The notes beneath the pieces are model-generated. The model ran no database searches, was not told the origin of the DNA, and worked only from the letters and a program-made list of their open reading frames with translations. DNA of 64,000 nt from an uncultured Bacteroidaceae bacterium (GTDB taxonomy: Bacteria; Bacteroidota; Bacteroidia; Bacteroidales; GCA-2748055): NCBI GenBank assembly GCA_964426915.1, contig CAYRTD010000001.1, positions 713 to 64,712 of the forward strand, written 5' to 3'. A program made the translations under genes and the position numbers. Shown one piece after another: positions 39,680-49,515 of this stretch. Position 1 is the stretch's first letter. The number at the start of each line of letters is the position of its first letter.

Positions 39680-40378
39680 ATGAAAGTATTGATCATTCAA
39701 CATGTAGCTTTTGAAAATTCAGGATATTTTCAGGATATTTTCACAAGTTTTGGAGCTGATATTAACTATCTCAATCAATTCAGCCGGGAAAAAAAAAGCA
39801 TACCGGATTACGACGTTTTACTCGTAATGGGGGGACCGATGAATATTTATCAGGAGGATATTTATCCATGGTTAAGAGAGGAGAAAAAAATAATTAAGAA
39901 AGCGATTGAGGAAGGTAAAATTGTGGTTGGAGTATGTCTCGGCGCTCAGTTAATAGCCGATTCACTTGGCGCACAGATCTATAAAAATACCGACAGGGAA
40001 ATCGGGTGGTTTCCTGTGCAGAAGACAAATAACAGGATCTTAAATTTTTTACCCGATTTTGCTACCGTTTTCCATTGGCATGGTGAAACTTTTGACCTCC
40101 CGGAGAAGTGTATTCCCATATATCGATCTGATCTTACAGAAAATCAATCTTTTATATACGATAACCGGGTTATAGGGCTGCAATTTCATCTTGAAATGAC
40201 GCAAGATGGTGCAAAGGCGTTATGTATGAACTGTCGTGATGAAATGGCAGCCGGAAAGTATGTTATGACAGAAGGCGATATTTTGAATTATCACGAAAAT
40301 TATAAGCATTCTAATTATAAAATGCTGAAAAATCTAGTTTCCTGGTTGCTCCAGACGAACCCCTGTCAGGATTCTTAA
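39680..40378 (+). CDS. Class I glutamine amidotransferase-like protein
   Basis: It has the nucleophile elbow 'VVGVCLGAQLIADSLG' and 'HWHGETF', 'GLQFHLE'. Confidence 0.82.
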   Translation: MKVLIIQHVAFENSGYFQDIFTSFGADINYLNQFSREKKSIPDYDVLLVMGGPMNIYQEDIYPWLREEKKIIKKAIEEGKIVVGVCLGAQLIADSLGAQIYKNTDREIGWFPVQKTNNRILNFLPDFATVFHWHGETFDLPEKCIPIYRSDLTENQSFIYDNRVIGLQFHLEMTQDGAKALCMNCRDEMAAGKYVMTEGDILNYHENYKHSNYKMLKNLVSWLLQTNPCQDS

Positions 40379-40800
40379 GTGGTTAGTTGACTGAAGATGA
40401 CTTTTAGTCACCTTCCATTCTTTAATCTCGATTATTGAACTGAATTAAGACTGTCTTGCATGTAAGACACACTCCGGTTGTGATCAGACCCTCTCTGCTA
40501 TTGACAGACTCTGGTTCTTCTTCATGTGAAAAGATTTTTTCGGGTAATATAATGCGATAATTTTGTGAAATGTTTATTTTTATTCTATTTTGACAGATTA
40601 ACTGTTGTTGGTAAAACTGTATGAGCGTTTATGGGAAACACAGTTTTATTATTTCCCGGTCCTCCGATTGTTCAGGGCAGGCCGCTCAGTGACGGACCTA
40701 TTATTAAGTTTGTTTATTCATTTAAAAATACAATCTATCAAAGTAAATTAACTTTTTATAGGAATATATGTTGTTAGTTATAATAAGAAGCTAATCATTA

Positions 40801-41808
40801 ATGAATATACCTGAAAAAAACAGAGTCCCTGTTGATCTGATCGCAAGGTATCTTAATGGAGATGCAGATACTGATGATATCATTGATCTGGAGAAGTGGA
40901 AATCCCAGTCAGGTGATAACCGGAAGGTATTTGATGAATACAGAACTATATGGGAAAAAACGGGTCAGTTAAGTCTGTTTACAGATATTGACATAGAAAA
41001 TGAATGGAATGTTTTCCTTGAGAATGTCCATTTTGAAGAAGTAGAGACTAAAAGCAGGCAATTTCCAGATATTTCGAAACCTCATATAAGAATTGCTGCC
41101 GCTATCATAGCCGGAATAATTCTGAGTATTTCAGGCTATTTTTCTTATCATGCATTAAAATTTGAGAAACTCATTGCAAAAAATGAGGTCCTGGAGGTTA
41201 TTCTACCCGACGGAAGTGCCGTTACTCTTAATAAAGGCTCCAGATTATTATATCCTGAAAAATTGTCCGGTACCAGGGAATTACGTCTTAATGGTGAGGC
41301 ATTTTTTAAGGTCAGGACCGACCCTGACCTACCGTTCATCATAAAATCGGGTGGTCTCAGGGTTGAGGTAGCGGATGCCTCATTTAATGTTTATGCTTTC
41401 AGGAAAGAAAATATTGTTCAGGTAATAGTGGAGTCAGGTAAAGTCTCTGTTTATAATGAAGATGATACTCCCTTTCAAAGGGATTTGCTTAAAAAAGGCG
41501 AAAGAATGATCTATTCACGAAAAAGTGGGATCCGATCTGTGCAGCCCAATACCGACCTGAATTATAAATCATGGAAAACAGCTGTGTTACAGTTTGAAAA
41601 TTCAAGTCTTCAGCATATTATAAATACATTGGAAAATCATTTCAATTCACAGATCACCTTGGTTAATTCCTTATTGAACGATTGCAGAATAACAATTAGT
41701 TTTGACAACAAAAGTCTTGAATATATTCTCGAAACTATCACTGAGACCCTTGATCTGAACCTGGTCAAAACAGAAAACGGTTATTTTATTGATGGTATTG
41801 AATGCTGA
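40801..41808 (+). CDS. FecR-family anti-sigma factor / transmembrane sensor
   Basis: It has 'DLIARYLNGDADTDD...EKWKSQSGDNRKVFDEY', a single TM helix, a FecR domain ('ILPDGSAVTLNKGSRLLY') and a C-terminal DUF4974-like 'LQFENSSLQHIINTLENHF'. Confidence 0.85.
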   Translation: MNIPEKNRVPVDLIARYLNGDADTDDIIDLEKWKSQSGDNRKVFDEYRTIWEKTGQLSLFTDIDIENEWNVFLENVHFEEVETKSRQFPDISKPHIRIAAAIIAGIILSISGYFSYHALKFEKLIAKNEVLEVILPDGSAVTLNKGSRLLYPEKLSGTRELRLNGEAFFKVRTDPDLPFIIKSGGLRVEVADASFNVYAFRKENIVQVIVESGKVSVYNEDDTPFQRDLLKKGERMIYSRKSGIRSVQPNTDLNYKSWKTAVLQFENSSLQHIINTLENHFNSQITLVNSLLNDCRITISFDNKSLEYILETITETLDLNLVKTENGYFIDGIEC

Positions 41809-41901
41809 TTTAGCCAGGTAGTGTTTGTCCATAATGACATTCATAAGATTACCTCTCAATAAAAATGTTAAGATTATGTTTTTTTTTAGGAAAGACGTAT
41901 C

Positions 41902-44900
41902 TTGTATATTCAAAATACTGGGATGAATGCACAATCTCCGTCATATGAAGAACTGAAAAGACAAAACGAAGAACTAACCGATCGCCTCCGGGAATTAGAA
42001 AAGCAGCGGGAAATTTGGGAGACTTCCGGGCTAATGCAGGCGATTTTGGATAATATTCAGGATGGCATTTGTGTATTGAACCCTGATCTTACCATTCGCT
42101 ATGTAAATCCGGTAATGGAAAAGTGGTATTCTCAGAATATGCCCCTTATTGGTAAAAAATGTTTTGCCTGTTACCATAACAGGCAAACGGCCTGCGATCC
42201 CTGTCCTACTCTTCGGGCAATGCAAAGCGGAAAAACTGAAATGAATGAAATTCCTGGTCCTGATGACCCGGAAAGCTGGCTTGAGTTGTATAGTTACCCC
42301 TTAAAGGACAGAAATACCGGTAAATTAACCGGAATTATTGAGTTTGTAAGGGATATTAGTGAGCGCAAAAGAGCTGAAAAGATAATGTATCAAAGCCGGG
42401 AGAGGTACCAGATCCTTTTCGATAATTCACCCTTTCCCCTTTGGGAAGAGGATTTTACCGGTGTTTATGAATATTTGAACGAAATAAAGAGAAGAGGGAT
42501 AACAGATTTTCGTAATTACTTCGAGGAAAACCCACAGGAAGTCCGGATATGTAAGGAAAAAATAAAATACAGTGATATAAATAAAGCCACTCTTAATTTA
42601 TTTGAAGCCAGGAGCCGGGACGAATTTTTTAATAATCTGGACAAAATAATTAATGAAGGTTTTTTCCATGTTTTTTCTGAAGAGATAATAAGGCTCGCCG
42701 GTGGTGAGAAGGAGTTCAGCTCGGAGATGAAAATTGAAACACTTAAAGGGAAAACAAAATATATTGAGTTGAATCTCATCATTGAAGACTCAAACCCAGA
42801 ATTGGTAAGGGGCCTGGTGGCTACCCCTGAAATAACCGAGAGGATCCTCATGGACCAAAAGCTAAGAGAAAGTGAAACCCGCTTTCGACTTGCATTTCAA
42901 ACCAGCCCCGATGCAATCAGCTTAACCCGTTTGCGTGACGGAAAATATATTGATATAAATCATGGATTTACCAATATAACCGGTTATACCCCCGAAGAAA
43001 CACTGGGAAAAACCTCAGCCGACCTTAAAATATGGAATGATCCACAGGAAAGAGAGCTTCTTTTACATAAACTCAATAGCAAAGGAATAGTAATAAATCA
43101 TGAAGCAGGTTTTCGGTTGAAAGGGGGGGTAATAATTGCGGGATTAATGTCAGCCGCTATAATGACTATTGGTGATGAAAATGTTTTACTCTCGATTACA
43201 AAAGATATAACAGCCCTCAAAAATATCCAGAAAGAACTTTCGGTGAATGAACAGACACTTCAACTTGCGCTTGAAGGTGGTGGCCTGGGTACATGGGATT
43301 GGAATATCCGGACCGGGAAGGTTAAATTCAATCAGCAATGGGCCACTATGCTGGGTTATGAACTTGATGAAGTGGAAGGAACACTGGATTTTTGGAAAAG
43401 TCTTATTCATCCTGATGATGCAGATGAGGTTATGAAAACTCTTCAGAACCATCTGGATGGAGAAACCGAATATTATGAGCATGAATTCAGGATGCTGACC
43501 CGGCAAAGAAGCTGGAAGTGGATATACGACAGGGGTAAGGTTCTTGAATGGGACTCCGAAGACAGGCCTTTACGCGCCCTGGGAACTCACCTGGATATTA
43601 CAGCGCGAAAGTTGTCAGAGGAAAAAACTGCAAAGTTATCCAGAGCTGTGGAAAATAGTCCTGTTAGTATTGTAATTACCGATAACACCGGTAAAATTGA
43701 ATACGTAAATCCACAGTTTTCCCAATTAACAGGCTATTCATTTGAAGAAGTAATAGGAAAGAATTCCAGTATTTTACAATCAGGCCGGCACTCGAAAGAG
43801 TTTTATGAAAATCTTTGGTCTACAATTACCAGTGGGCAGGTTTGGTTTGGTGAATTTCTTAATAAGAAAAAAGATGGTTCAACATACTGGGAAAAGGCAA
43901 ATATATCTTCTATCTCCGATAATACGGGAAAGTTGACGCATTATGTCGCCGTCAAAGAAGATGTTACCCAAATGAAAAATATGGTTGAGGATCTTCATAA
44001 AGCTAAGGAACAAGCAGAAGAAAGTGACAGATTAAAATCAGCATTTCTTGCAAACATGAGTCATGAGATAAGAACCCCTATGAATGGTATTATGGGCTTT
44101 TCAAGTTTGCTTAGGGAAAGCATTTCTTCTGATGATAAAAGATCTGAATACCTGAACATTATTGAGAAAAGTGGAGCCAGAATGCTTAATCTTATTAATG
44201 ACCTTATCGATATTTCAAGAATTGAAGCCGGCGAAATAGAAATATTCAATTCTTCAGTAAATTTAAATGAATTGCTGAAGGAGTTATACGATTTTTTCAG
44301 CCCCGAAATTAGACAAAAAGGCATTAATTTTCTGCTTAAGAATAGTTTGCATGAAAAAAACATCAATTTTATTGTCGATCGTGAAAAGCTGTATGCTGTA
44401 TTGGCTAATCTCATTAAAAATGCAGTTAAGTATTCAGATAGAGGAAATATTGAGTTCGGTTGCAGGATCTATAAGCAGGATTTATCCTTTTATGTTAAGG
44501 ATAGCGGGATCGGGATCCCACTGGAAAAACAGGAGGAAGTATTTAATCGATTCATCCAGGCAGATCAGCATATTAATAAAGCTTATGAAGGATCAGGACT
44601 TGGACTTGCAATATCTAAAGCATATATTGAGATGATGGGTGGTGAGATCTGGCTGGAATCCCTCGTAGGAAAAGGTACAATATTTTATTTTACAGTGCCC
44701 TGTACAAGGAAATATGAAAAAGCCGCTCAAAAAGTATTTACCGGAAAAGATCAAGGCTTTGATCCCGGTCTTGAAAATTTATTTGTCATTATAGCGGATG
44801 ACGATGAAAACAGTAAAATGTATTTGAAAGAGATACTGATTGAAAACTGTAAAAAAGTTTTATTGACATCCAATGGTATAGAAACAGTTCAGGTGGTTAA

Positions 44901-45132
44901 AAATAACCCTGATATTGATATAGTCCTGATGGATATAAAAATGCCTGAAATGGATGGATACGAAGCTACAAGGAGGATCCGGGAATTTAATAATGAAATA
45001 ATCATTATTGCCCAAACGGCTTATGCTCTAAGAGGTGAAGAAGAAAAAGCCAAAATGGCAGGATGTAATGACTTTATCACAAAACCTATTGATAAGCGGG
45101 ATCTGTTAAAAATCTTAAAAAGCTACAGTTAA
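41902..45132 (+). CDS. Multi-PAS hybrid sensor histidine kinase / response regulator
   Basis: It has several PAS/PAC units, the H-box 'LANMSHEIRTPMNGIMGF', the HATPase 'GSGLGLAISKAYIEMMGGEIW' and a receiver 'DIVLMDIKMPEMDGYEA'. The track start is a TTG, and the ATG at 41923 is an alternative. Confidence 0.9.
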   Translation: MYIQNTGMNAQSPSYEELKRQNEELTDRLRELEKQREIWETSGLMQAILDNIQDGICVLNPDLTIRYVNPVMEKWYSQNMPLIGKKCFACYHNRQTACDPCPTLRAMQSGKTEMNEIPGPDDPESWLELYSYPLKDRNTGKLTGIIEFVRDISERKRAEKIMYQSRERYQILFDNSPFPLWEEDFTGVYEYLNEIKRRGITDFRNYFEENPQEVRICKEKIKYSDINKATLNLFEARSRDEFFNNLDKIINEGFFHVFSEEIIRLAGGEKEFSSEMKIETLKGKTKYIELNLIIEDSNPELVRGLVATPEITERILMDQKLRESETRFRLAFQTSPDAISLTRLRDGKYIDINHGFTNITGYTPEETLGKTSADLKIWNDPQERELLLHKLNSKGIVINHEAGFRLKGGVIIAGLMSAAIMTIGDENVLLSITKDITALKNIQKELSVNEQTLQLALEGGGLGTWDWNIRTGKVKFNQQWATMLGYELDEVEGTLDFWKSLIHPDDADEVMKTLQNHLDGETEYYEHEFRMLTRQRSWKWIYDRGKVLEWDSEDRPLRALGTHLDITARKLSEEKTAKLSRAVENSPVSIVITDNTGKIEYVNPQFSQLTGYSFEEVIGKNSSILQSGRHSKEFYENLWSTITSGQVWFGEFLNKKKDGSTYWEKANISSISDNTGKLTHYVAVKEDVTQMKNMVEDLHKAKEQAEESDRLKSAFLANMSHEIRTPMNGIMGFSSLLRESISSDDKRSEYLNIIEKSGARMLNLINDLIDISRIEAGEIEIFNSSVNLNELLKELYDFFSPEIRQKGINFLLKNSLHEKNINFIVDREKLYAVLANLIKNAVKYSDRGNIEFGCRIYKQDLSFYVKDSGIGIPLEKQEEVFNRFIQADQHINKAYEGSGLGLAISKAYIEMMGGEIWLESLVGKGTIFYFTVPCTRKYEKAAQKVFTGKDQGFDPGLENLFVIIADDDENSKMYLKEILIENCKKVLLTSNGIETVQVVKNNPDIDIVLMDIKMPEMDGYEATRRIREFNNEIIIIAQTAYALRGEEEKAKMAGCNDFITKPIDKRDLLKILKSYS

Positions 45133-46221
45133 TCATTCATTTCTCCCCAATTTTTTGAGCATTTTCGCATGTTCACTTACAGCAACCAGAAAACCTGGCT
45201 GTACATGGTAGGGAAGATTAAACTTCCTGGCTGTTTCCCTCACAAATTCTGCTATCCGGGGATAATGCACATGACTGATATTGGGAAACAAATGATGCTC
45301 AACCTGATAATTCAAACCTCCGATAAACCATGAGAGAATTTTGTTTTTTGGTGAAAAATCAGAGGTGGTTAATAATTGATGGATTGCCCAGTTATTTTCC
45401 ATAGTCATATCTTTTCCGGGTAGCGGATAATCTGCATCGGGAACAACATGAGCTGTCTGGAAAATGGTTGTGAGTATCAAACCGGTCGTGAAATGCATAA
45501 GCATGAAAAATACTATTATCCAGTACCATGCAACAGGAACAACAATTATCGGAATTACAAGAAAGGCAATATAGTAAAGTAATTTAGCTATTATCAGTGT
45601 CCTGAAAAGTTTATTGTAATTTAATTTGGTATTCAATTTTACATTTTCTTTCCTGTATCTGTTAAGCTGCTTAAAATCTTTACCAGTAGCCCATGAAAAA
45701 GTCATTAAACCATAAAGGAACCATGCATAAATATGCTGATATTTATGTATTTTCCGTAATTCTTTATGTGGTGAAAATCTAAGAAAATCTCCGGGGTCAA
45801 TGTCCTCATCATGCCCTTCAATGTTCGTAAATCCATGATGCATAGTATTATGCTGATATTGCCAGTTAAAGGGAAAGCCCCCAATTATATAGAGAGTTTT
45901 TGACATCCATTTATTTATTTTCTGATTTTTGGAAAAACTTCTGTGATTGGCATCATGCATTACCCCCATACCTACACCGGCTTTACCTAGGCCCATAATC
46001 AGCCAGATCGCAAGAACACCGCCAAATGAGGTGATAACACCAAAAATCATCAGAAAATAAGGTATAAGATATAAAGAAAGCATAAATATGCTTTTTATAA
46101 TAAGATTCGTATTTCCATATCTGGAAATATTGTTCCTTTCAAAATAATCGGAAACTCTTGATCTCAGTTCCATTATAAATTCAGGTCTGTTTTGTGCTGT
46201 AAATTTTATTCTGTCTTTCAT
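45133..46221 (-). CDS. Membrane fatty-acid desaturase family protein
   Basis: It has the three histidine boxes 'HDANHRS', 'HNTMHHGFTN' and 'QVEHHLFP', plus TM helices. Confidence 0.9.
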   Translation of the reverse strand: MKDRIKFTAQNRPEFIMELRSRVSDYFERNNISRYGNTNLIIKSIFMLSLYLIPYFLMIFGVITSFGGVLAIWLIMGLGKAGVGMGVMHDANHRSFSKNQKINKWMSKTLYIIGGFPFNWQYQHNTMHHGFTNIEGHDEDIDPGDFLRFSPHKELRKIHKYQHIYAWFLYGLMTFSWATGKDFKQLNRYRKENVKLNTKLNYNKLFRTLIIAKLLYYIAFLVIPIIVVPVAWYWIIVFFMLMHFTTGLILTTIFQTAHVVPDADYPLPGKDMTMENNWAIHQLLTTSDFSPKNKILSWFIGGLNYQVEHHLFPNISHVHYPRIAEFVRETARKFNLPYHVQPGFLVAVSEHAKMLKKLGRNE

Positions 46222-46751
46222 TGTCTCTAATATGCCTTAAGTTTTTTTTCCCCATTGCCTTCTACCGGATGTTTAAAATGTAGAGAAGCTGATACTATGT
46301 GAGTAATTTGTTGTGGATCAAAAAAAAATAACACCAGGATCCATAACTATGTTCACTTCTAAAGTTAATAATTAGTTAAAAAGCTGCTACTATATAACTA
46401 TATATGACTAAAAACGCTAAAAAACAGACTTTTATAAAAAGCTGAGCTCGTGTTGGATTATATAAGCGGAATGGCAAAAAAATACAAAGTGGCAATAATT
46501 TTAAATTCATTCATGGATTTTATCCAACATGAATAGTTACGACTCATAAAATAAAATTTCGCACGGAGAAATAATTTAAAAAAAAGGTATTGAGAAATTC
46601 CTGCGGGCTTGAATAACATTTCTGCCGGATCCTTTAAAGGCAGACAGATTTCAATCAGTGGTAAGAATTCCCTATTGATCAGGGTTTTTGAACCGGCAGG
46701 GATGAGTTTCCTTATTTTTTTGATTTATAAGGTTTCTTAGATCATTTAAAT

Positions 46752-47534
46752 TTACACTTCAATTATTCCTTGCAGATAAAAAGCCACCCTGCCTGATATC
46801 TCTATTCTATCGCCTTTATTAGTGCAATTAAAGCGACCACCCCGGGGGGATAATTGCATAGCTGTAAGTTTCTCTTTATTCAGTCTTTTTGACCAATAGG
46901 GTGCAAGAGCCGTATGTGTGGATCCTGTGGCTGGGTCTTCATTGATTCCAAGAGCAGGCGCAAAAAATCTGGATACAAAATCAGTTTGTGTTCCGGGTGC
47001 TGTAATAATAACTCCTCTCTGCGTCAGCATTTTTATTTTACCGTAATCCGGCGTAATACTGCTTATCTCTCCCTCATTCTGATAAACCAAAAGAATATCT
47101 TCTGAGCATTTAAAATATTCAACGGGATCGATTCCCAGTGCTTCAGCCAATTTTTCATCCTTGTCTATACTTACAGGGGGATCGGCGGGAAAATTTAGTA
47201 TATAGCTGTCGGCATCTCTCTTTACAGTTAATTCTCCTGAGCGTGAACTGAATTTTATATAACTTTCTTTATAGCCTAATTTTCTGAAAATTACAGCAGA
47301 TGCAGCCAGAGTTGCATGTCCGCACAATGAAACCTCACTGACCGGAGAAAACCAGCGTATATGAAAACCTTCTTTTTCCTTAACAAAAAATGCGGTTTCC
47401 GGCAGATTGTTCTCCCCAGCTATATTCTGAAGCATTCCATCCGTGAGCCATTCATCCAGAGGGCAAACCGCTGCAGGGTTTCCTCTAAACAATTCATTGG
47501 TAAATGCATCAACCTGAAAAATGGCGATTTTCAT
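46752..47534 (-). CDS. PhzF-family isomerase
   Basis: It has 'IFQVDAFTNELFRGNPAAVCPL' and is 260 aa long. Confidence 0.88.
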   Translation of the reverse strand: MKIAIFQVDAFTNELFRGNPAAVCPLDEWLTDGMLQNIAGENNLPETAFFVKEKEGFHIRWFSPVSEVSLCGHATLAASAVIFRKLGYKESYIKFSSRSGELTVKRDADSYILNFPADPPVSIDKDEKLAEALGIDPVEYFKCSEDILLVYQNEGEISSITPDYGKIKMLTQRGVIITAPGTQTDFVSRFFAPALGINEDPATGSTHTALAPYWSKRLNKEKLTAMQLSPRGGRFNCTNKGDRIEISGRVAFYLQGIIEV

Positions 47535-47564
47535 AATTATTTATTTATTTATTCTTTATTGTTC

Positions 47565-49325
47565 TTATCGGATAACTAAATTTTTTATTTCTATTTCTTC
47601 GGCGAAACCTTTTCCCCCTGGTGTAAGCAGTAGATCATATTCTCCCTTTTCAAGGAATACATCATTAAATATTATGTCTGGCCATTCTCTCTCATAGGCT
47701 TCATTTCTTTCGACCCGGTCTCTTGAAGGAATCTCTTTAGCCTCATAAGCTCTGTTTATGGTATGTTTTTTCTTAACAACATTGCTAATCAGGAATAGTT
47801 CTCTCCCTATATTTTTTTTTGGTGAATTTATGCCTGCATAGATATCATAATAGCCTTCCTTAATGACTTTCACTTTCCAACGGATCGTGTCTTCAGGACT
47901 TTTGAAATTTATAAACCAGTCATGTGCCCAACCATCTCTTGCCTTAAAATTTACATTCTGGGAACGGCTGGCTTCATGAGCCGGCAATCTTACTTCAGAA
48001 ACCTTAGCATGTCCTATTTCAATTGGTGGAGGATTTAGCCCAAAGCGGGTCACATCCCTGTACCAATTGTTATAAATATTTATATATTTTTCAACAAGTT
48101 TCGGGTGTTTAGCTGAAATATCATTTTTTTGAAAAGGATCGTCCTTTAAATTATAGAGAAGAGTATCTTTTTTCACTGTTAAAAGATAGTTTTCAGACCT
48201 CATTCCCCAAGGTAGTTTATTCACGAATCCGCGGTCTGTAAATATAAAACGCTCAGGTAACTTTTTTTCACGACCGTAAATGACCGGGGAAAGGTCAATC
48301 CCGTCCAGTTTCAGACCGACAGGTAACTCAAGGCCACATAATGAGGAGAGTGTGGGAAGAACATCAATATGGGCTGACATTGCATCAACTTGAACTTCTT
48401 CATTATTCAACCAGGGTATTTTAAGAAAAAAGGGAACACGCACACCGCCTTCATCCACCCAGGCTTTAATTCCTTTCATGTATCCATTGAATCTCCATGA
48501 ATTGGGACCGTTATCTGTCATGAAAATTATGATAGTTTTTTCGACAAGCCCTGTCTCATCAAGGGTTTTGAGTATACGTCCCACATTGTCGTCAATATTT
48601 TCCACCATTCCGTAAATAGCGGCGGTTTTATCATCCAGCCCTTTTTCTTTATACTTATTAAAATATTTATCGGGAACCTGATAGGGTGAATGAGGGGTAT
48701 TATAGGAAAGATACTGGAAAAACGGCATTCCCTTACTTTTTTTAATATCTGCGATAGCCGAATCTGTCAGGACATCGGTTATGTAACCCTCAGTTTCCAC
48801 CATTTTTCCATTATATTCCAACTTTGTATCAAAATAATTGTCCCAGTGCCCGGCACAAAATCCGAAAAAATGTTCAAATCCCTGACCGATCGGGTTATGA
48901 GGATACTGTGCGCCATTATGCCATTTACCGAAATAGCTTGTCCGGTAATCTTCCGATTTAAATATTTCTGCTATTGAGAACTCTGCATTCCGCATTACTT
49001 CTCTTCTGCCGGTAACTCCGTGAACACCTGTCCGGAGATGATATCTTCCGGTTAAAAGGCTTGCCCGTGTGGGCGCACAAACAGGAGAAACATAAAAACG
49101 ATCAAAACGGAAACTCTGTGAAGCTAATTTGTTCAGATTCGGAGTCGATATAGTATCGTTACCGTGTGAATTAATATCTCCCCAACCCTGATCATCAGTA
49201 AGAATTAGTAAAACATTTGGTTTATGAGGTTTTTCCGAAGCCGCACGGGAATCCTGGCTTGGGTTACAGGAATAATTTAAGAGGGTGAGGACGGTTAATC
49301 CGCCAGAAAATAAATACTTATTCAT
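47565..49325 (-). CDS. Sulfatase (arylsulfatase family), secreted
   Basis: It has 'NVLLILTDDQGWGD' and the formylglycine motif 'SPVCAPTRASLLTGR', plus a C-terminal extra beta-rich domain. Confidence 0.9.
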   Translation of the reverse strand: MNKYLFSGGLTVLTLLNYSCNPSQDSRAASEKPHKPNVLLILTDDQGWGDINSHGNDTISTPNLNKLASQSFRFDRFYVSPVCAPTRASLLTGRYHLRTGVHGVTGRREVMRNAEFSIAEIFKSEDYRTSYFGKWHNGAQYPHNPIGQGFEHFFGFCAGHWDNYFDTKLEYNGKMVETEGYITDVLTDSAIADIKKSKGMPFFQYLSYNTPHSPYQVPDKYFNKYKEKGLDDKTAAIYGMVENIDDNVGRILKTLDETGLVEKTIIIFMTDNGPNSWRFNGYMKGIKAWVDEGGVRVPFFLKIPWLNNEEVQVDAMSAHIDVLPTLSSLCGLELPVGLKLDGIDLSPVIYGREKKLPERFIFTDRGFVNKLPWGMRSENYLLTVKKDTLLYNLKDDPFQKNDISAKHPKLVEKYINIYNNWYRDVTRFGLNPPPIEIGHAKVSEVRLPAHEASRSQNVNFKARDGWAHDWFINFKSPEDTIRWKVKVIKEGYYDIYAGINSPKKNIGRELFLISNVVKKKHTINRAYEAKEIPSRDRVERNEAYEREWPDIIFNDVFLEKGEYDLLLTPGGKGFAEEIEIKNLVIR

Positions 49326-49432
49326 TTTTCAACTGAAATTAATGATTTTTTGCCGGAAATGAAATTAAAAAAAAATTTGCAGAATTTTCTGAAATATAAC
49401 AATTTTTAGCGAAAAACCGGGAGACCAGTTTT

Positions 49433-49490
49433 AAAAAAAAAGAGGAGATTGTCTGGAAAATGCTTTTTCGACAGCCTCCTCTTTTTTTTC
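49433..49490. terminator. Bidirectional hairpin (A-run, stem, T-run) downstream of dcp; related to the GAGGnTGTCT hairpin family
   Basis: 'aaaaaaaaagaggagattgtctgg...cgacagcctcctcttttttttc' has a 13-nt stem with 2 mismatches. Confidence 0.6.
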
Positions 49491-49515
49491 AGAAACACCG
49501 GATTAGAATTTATTT

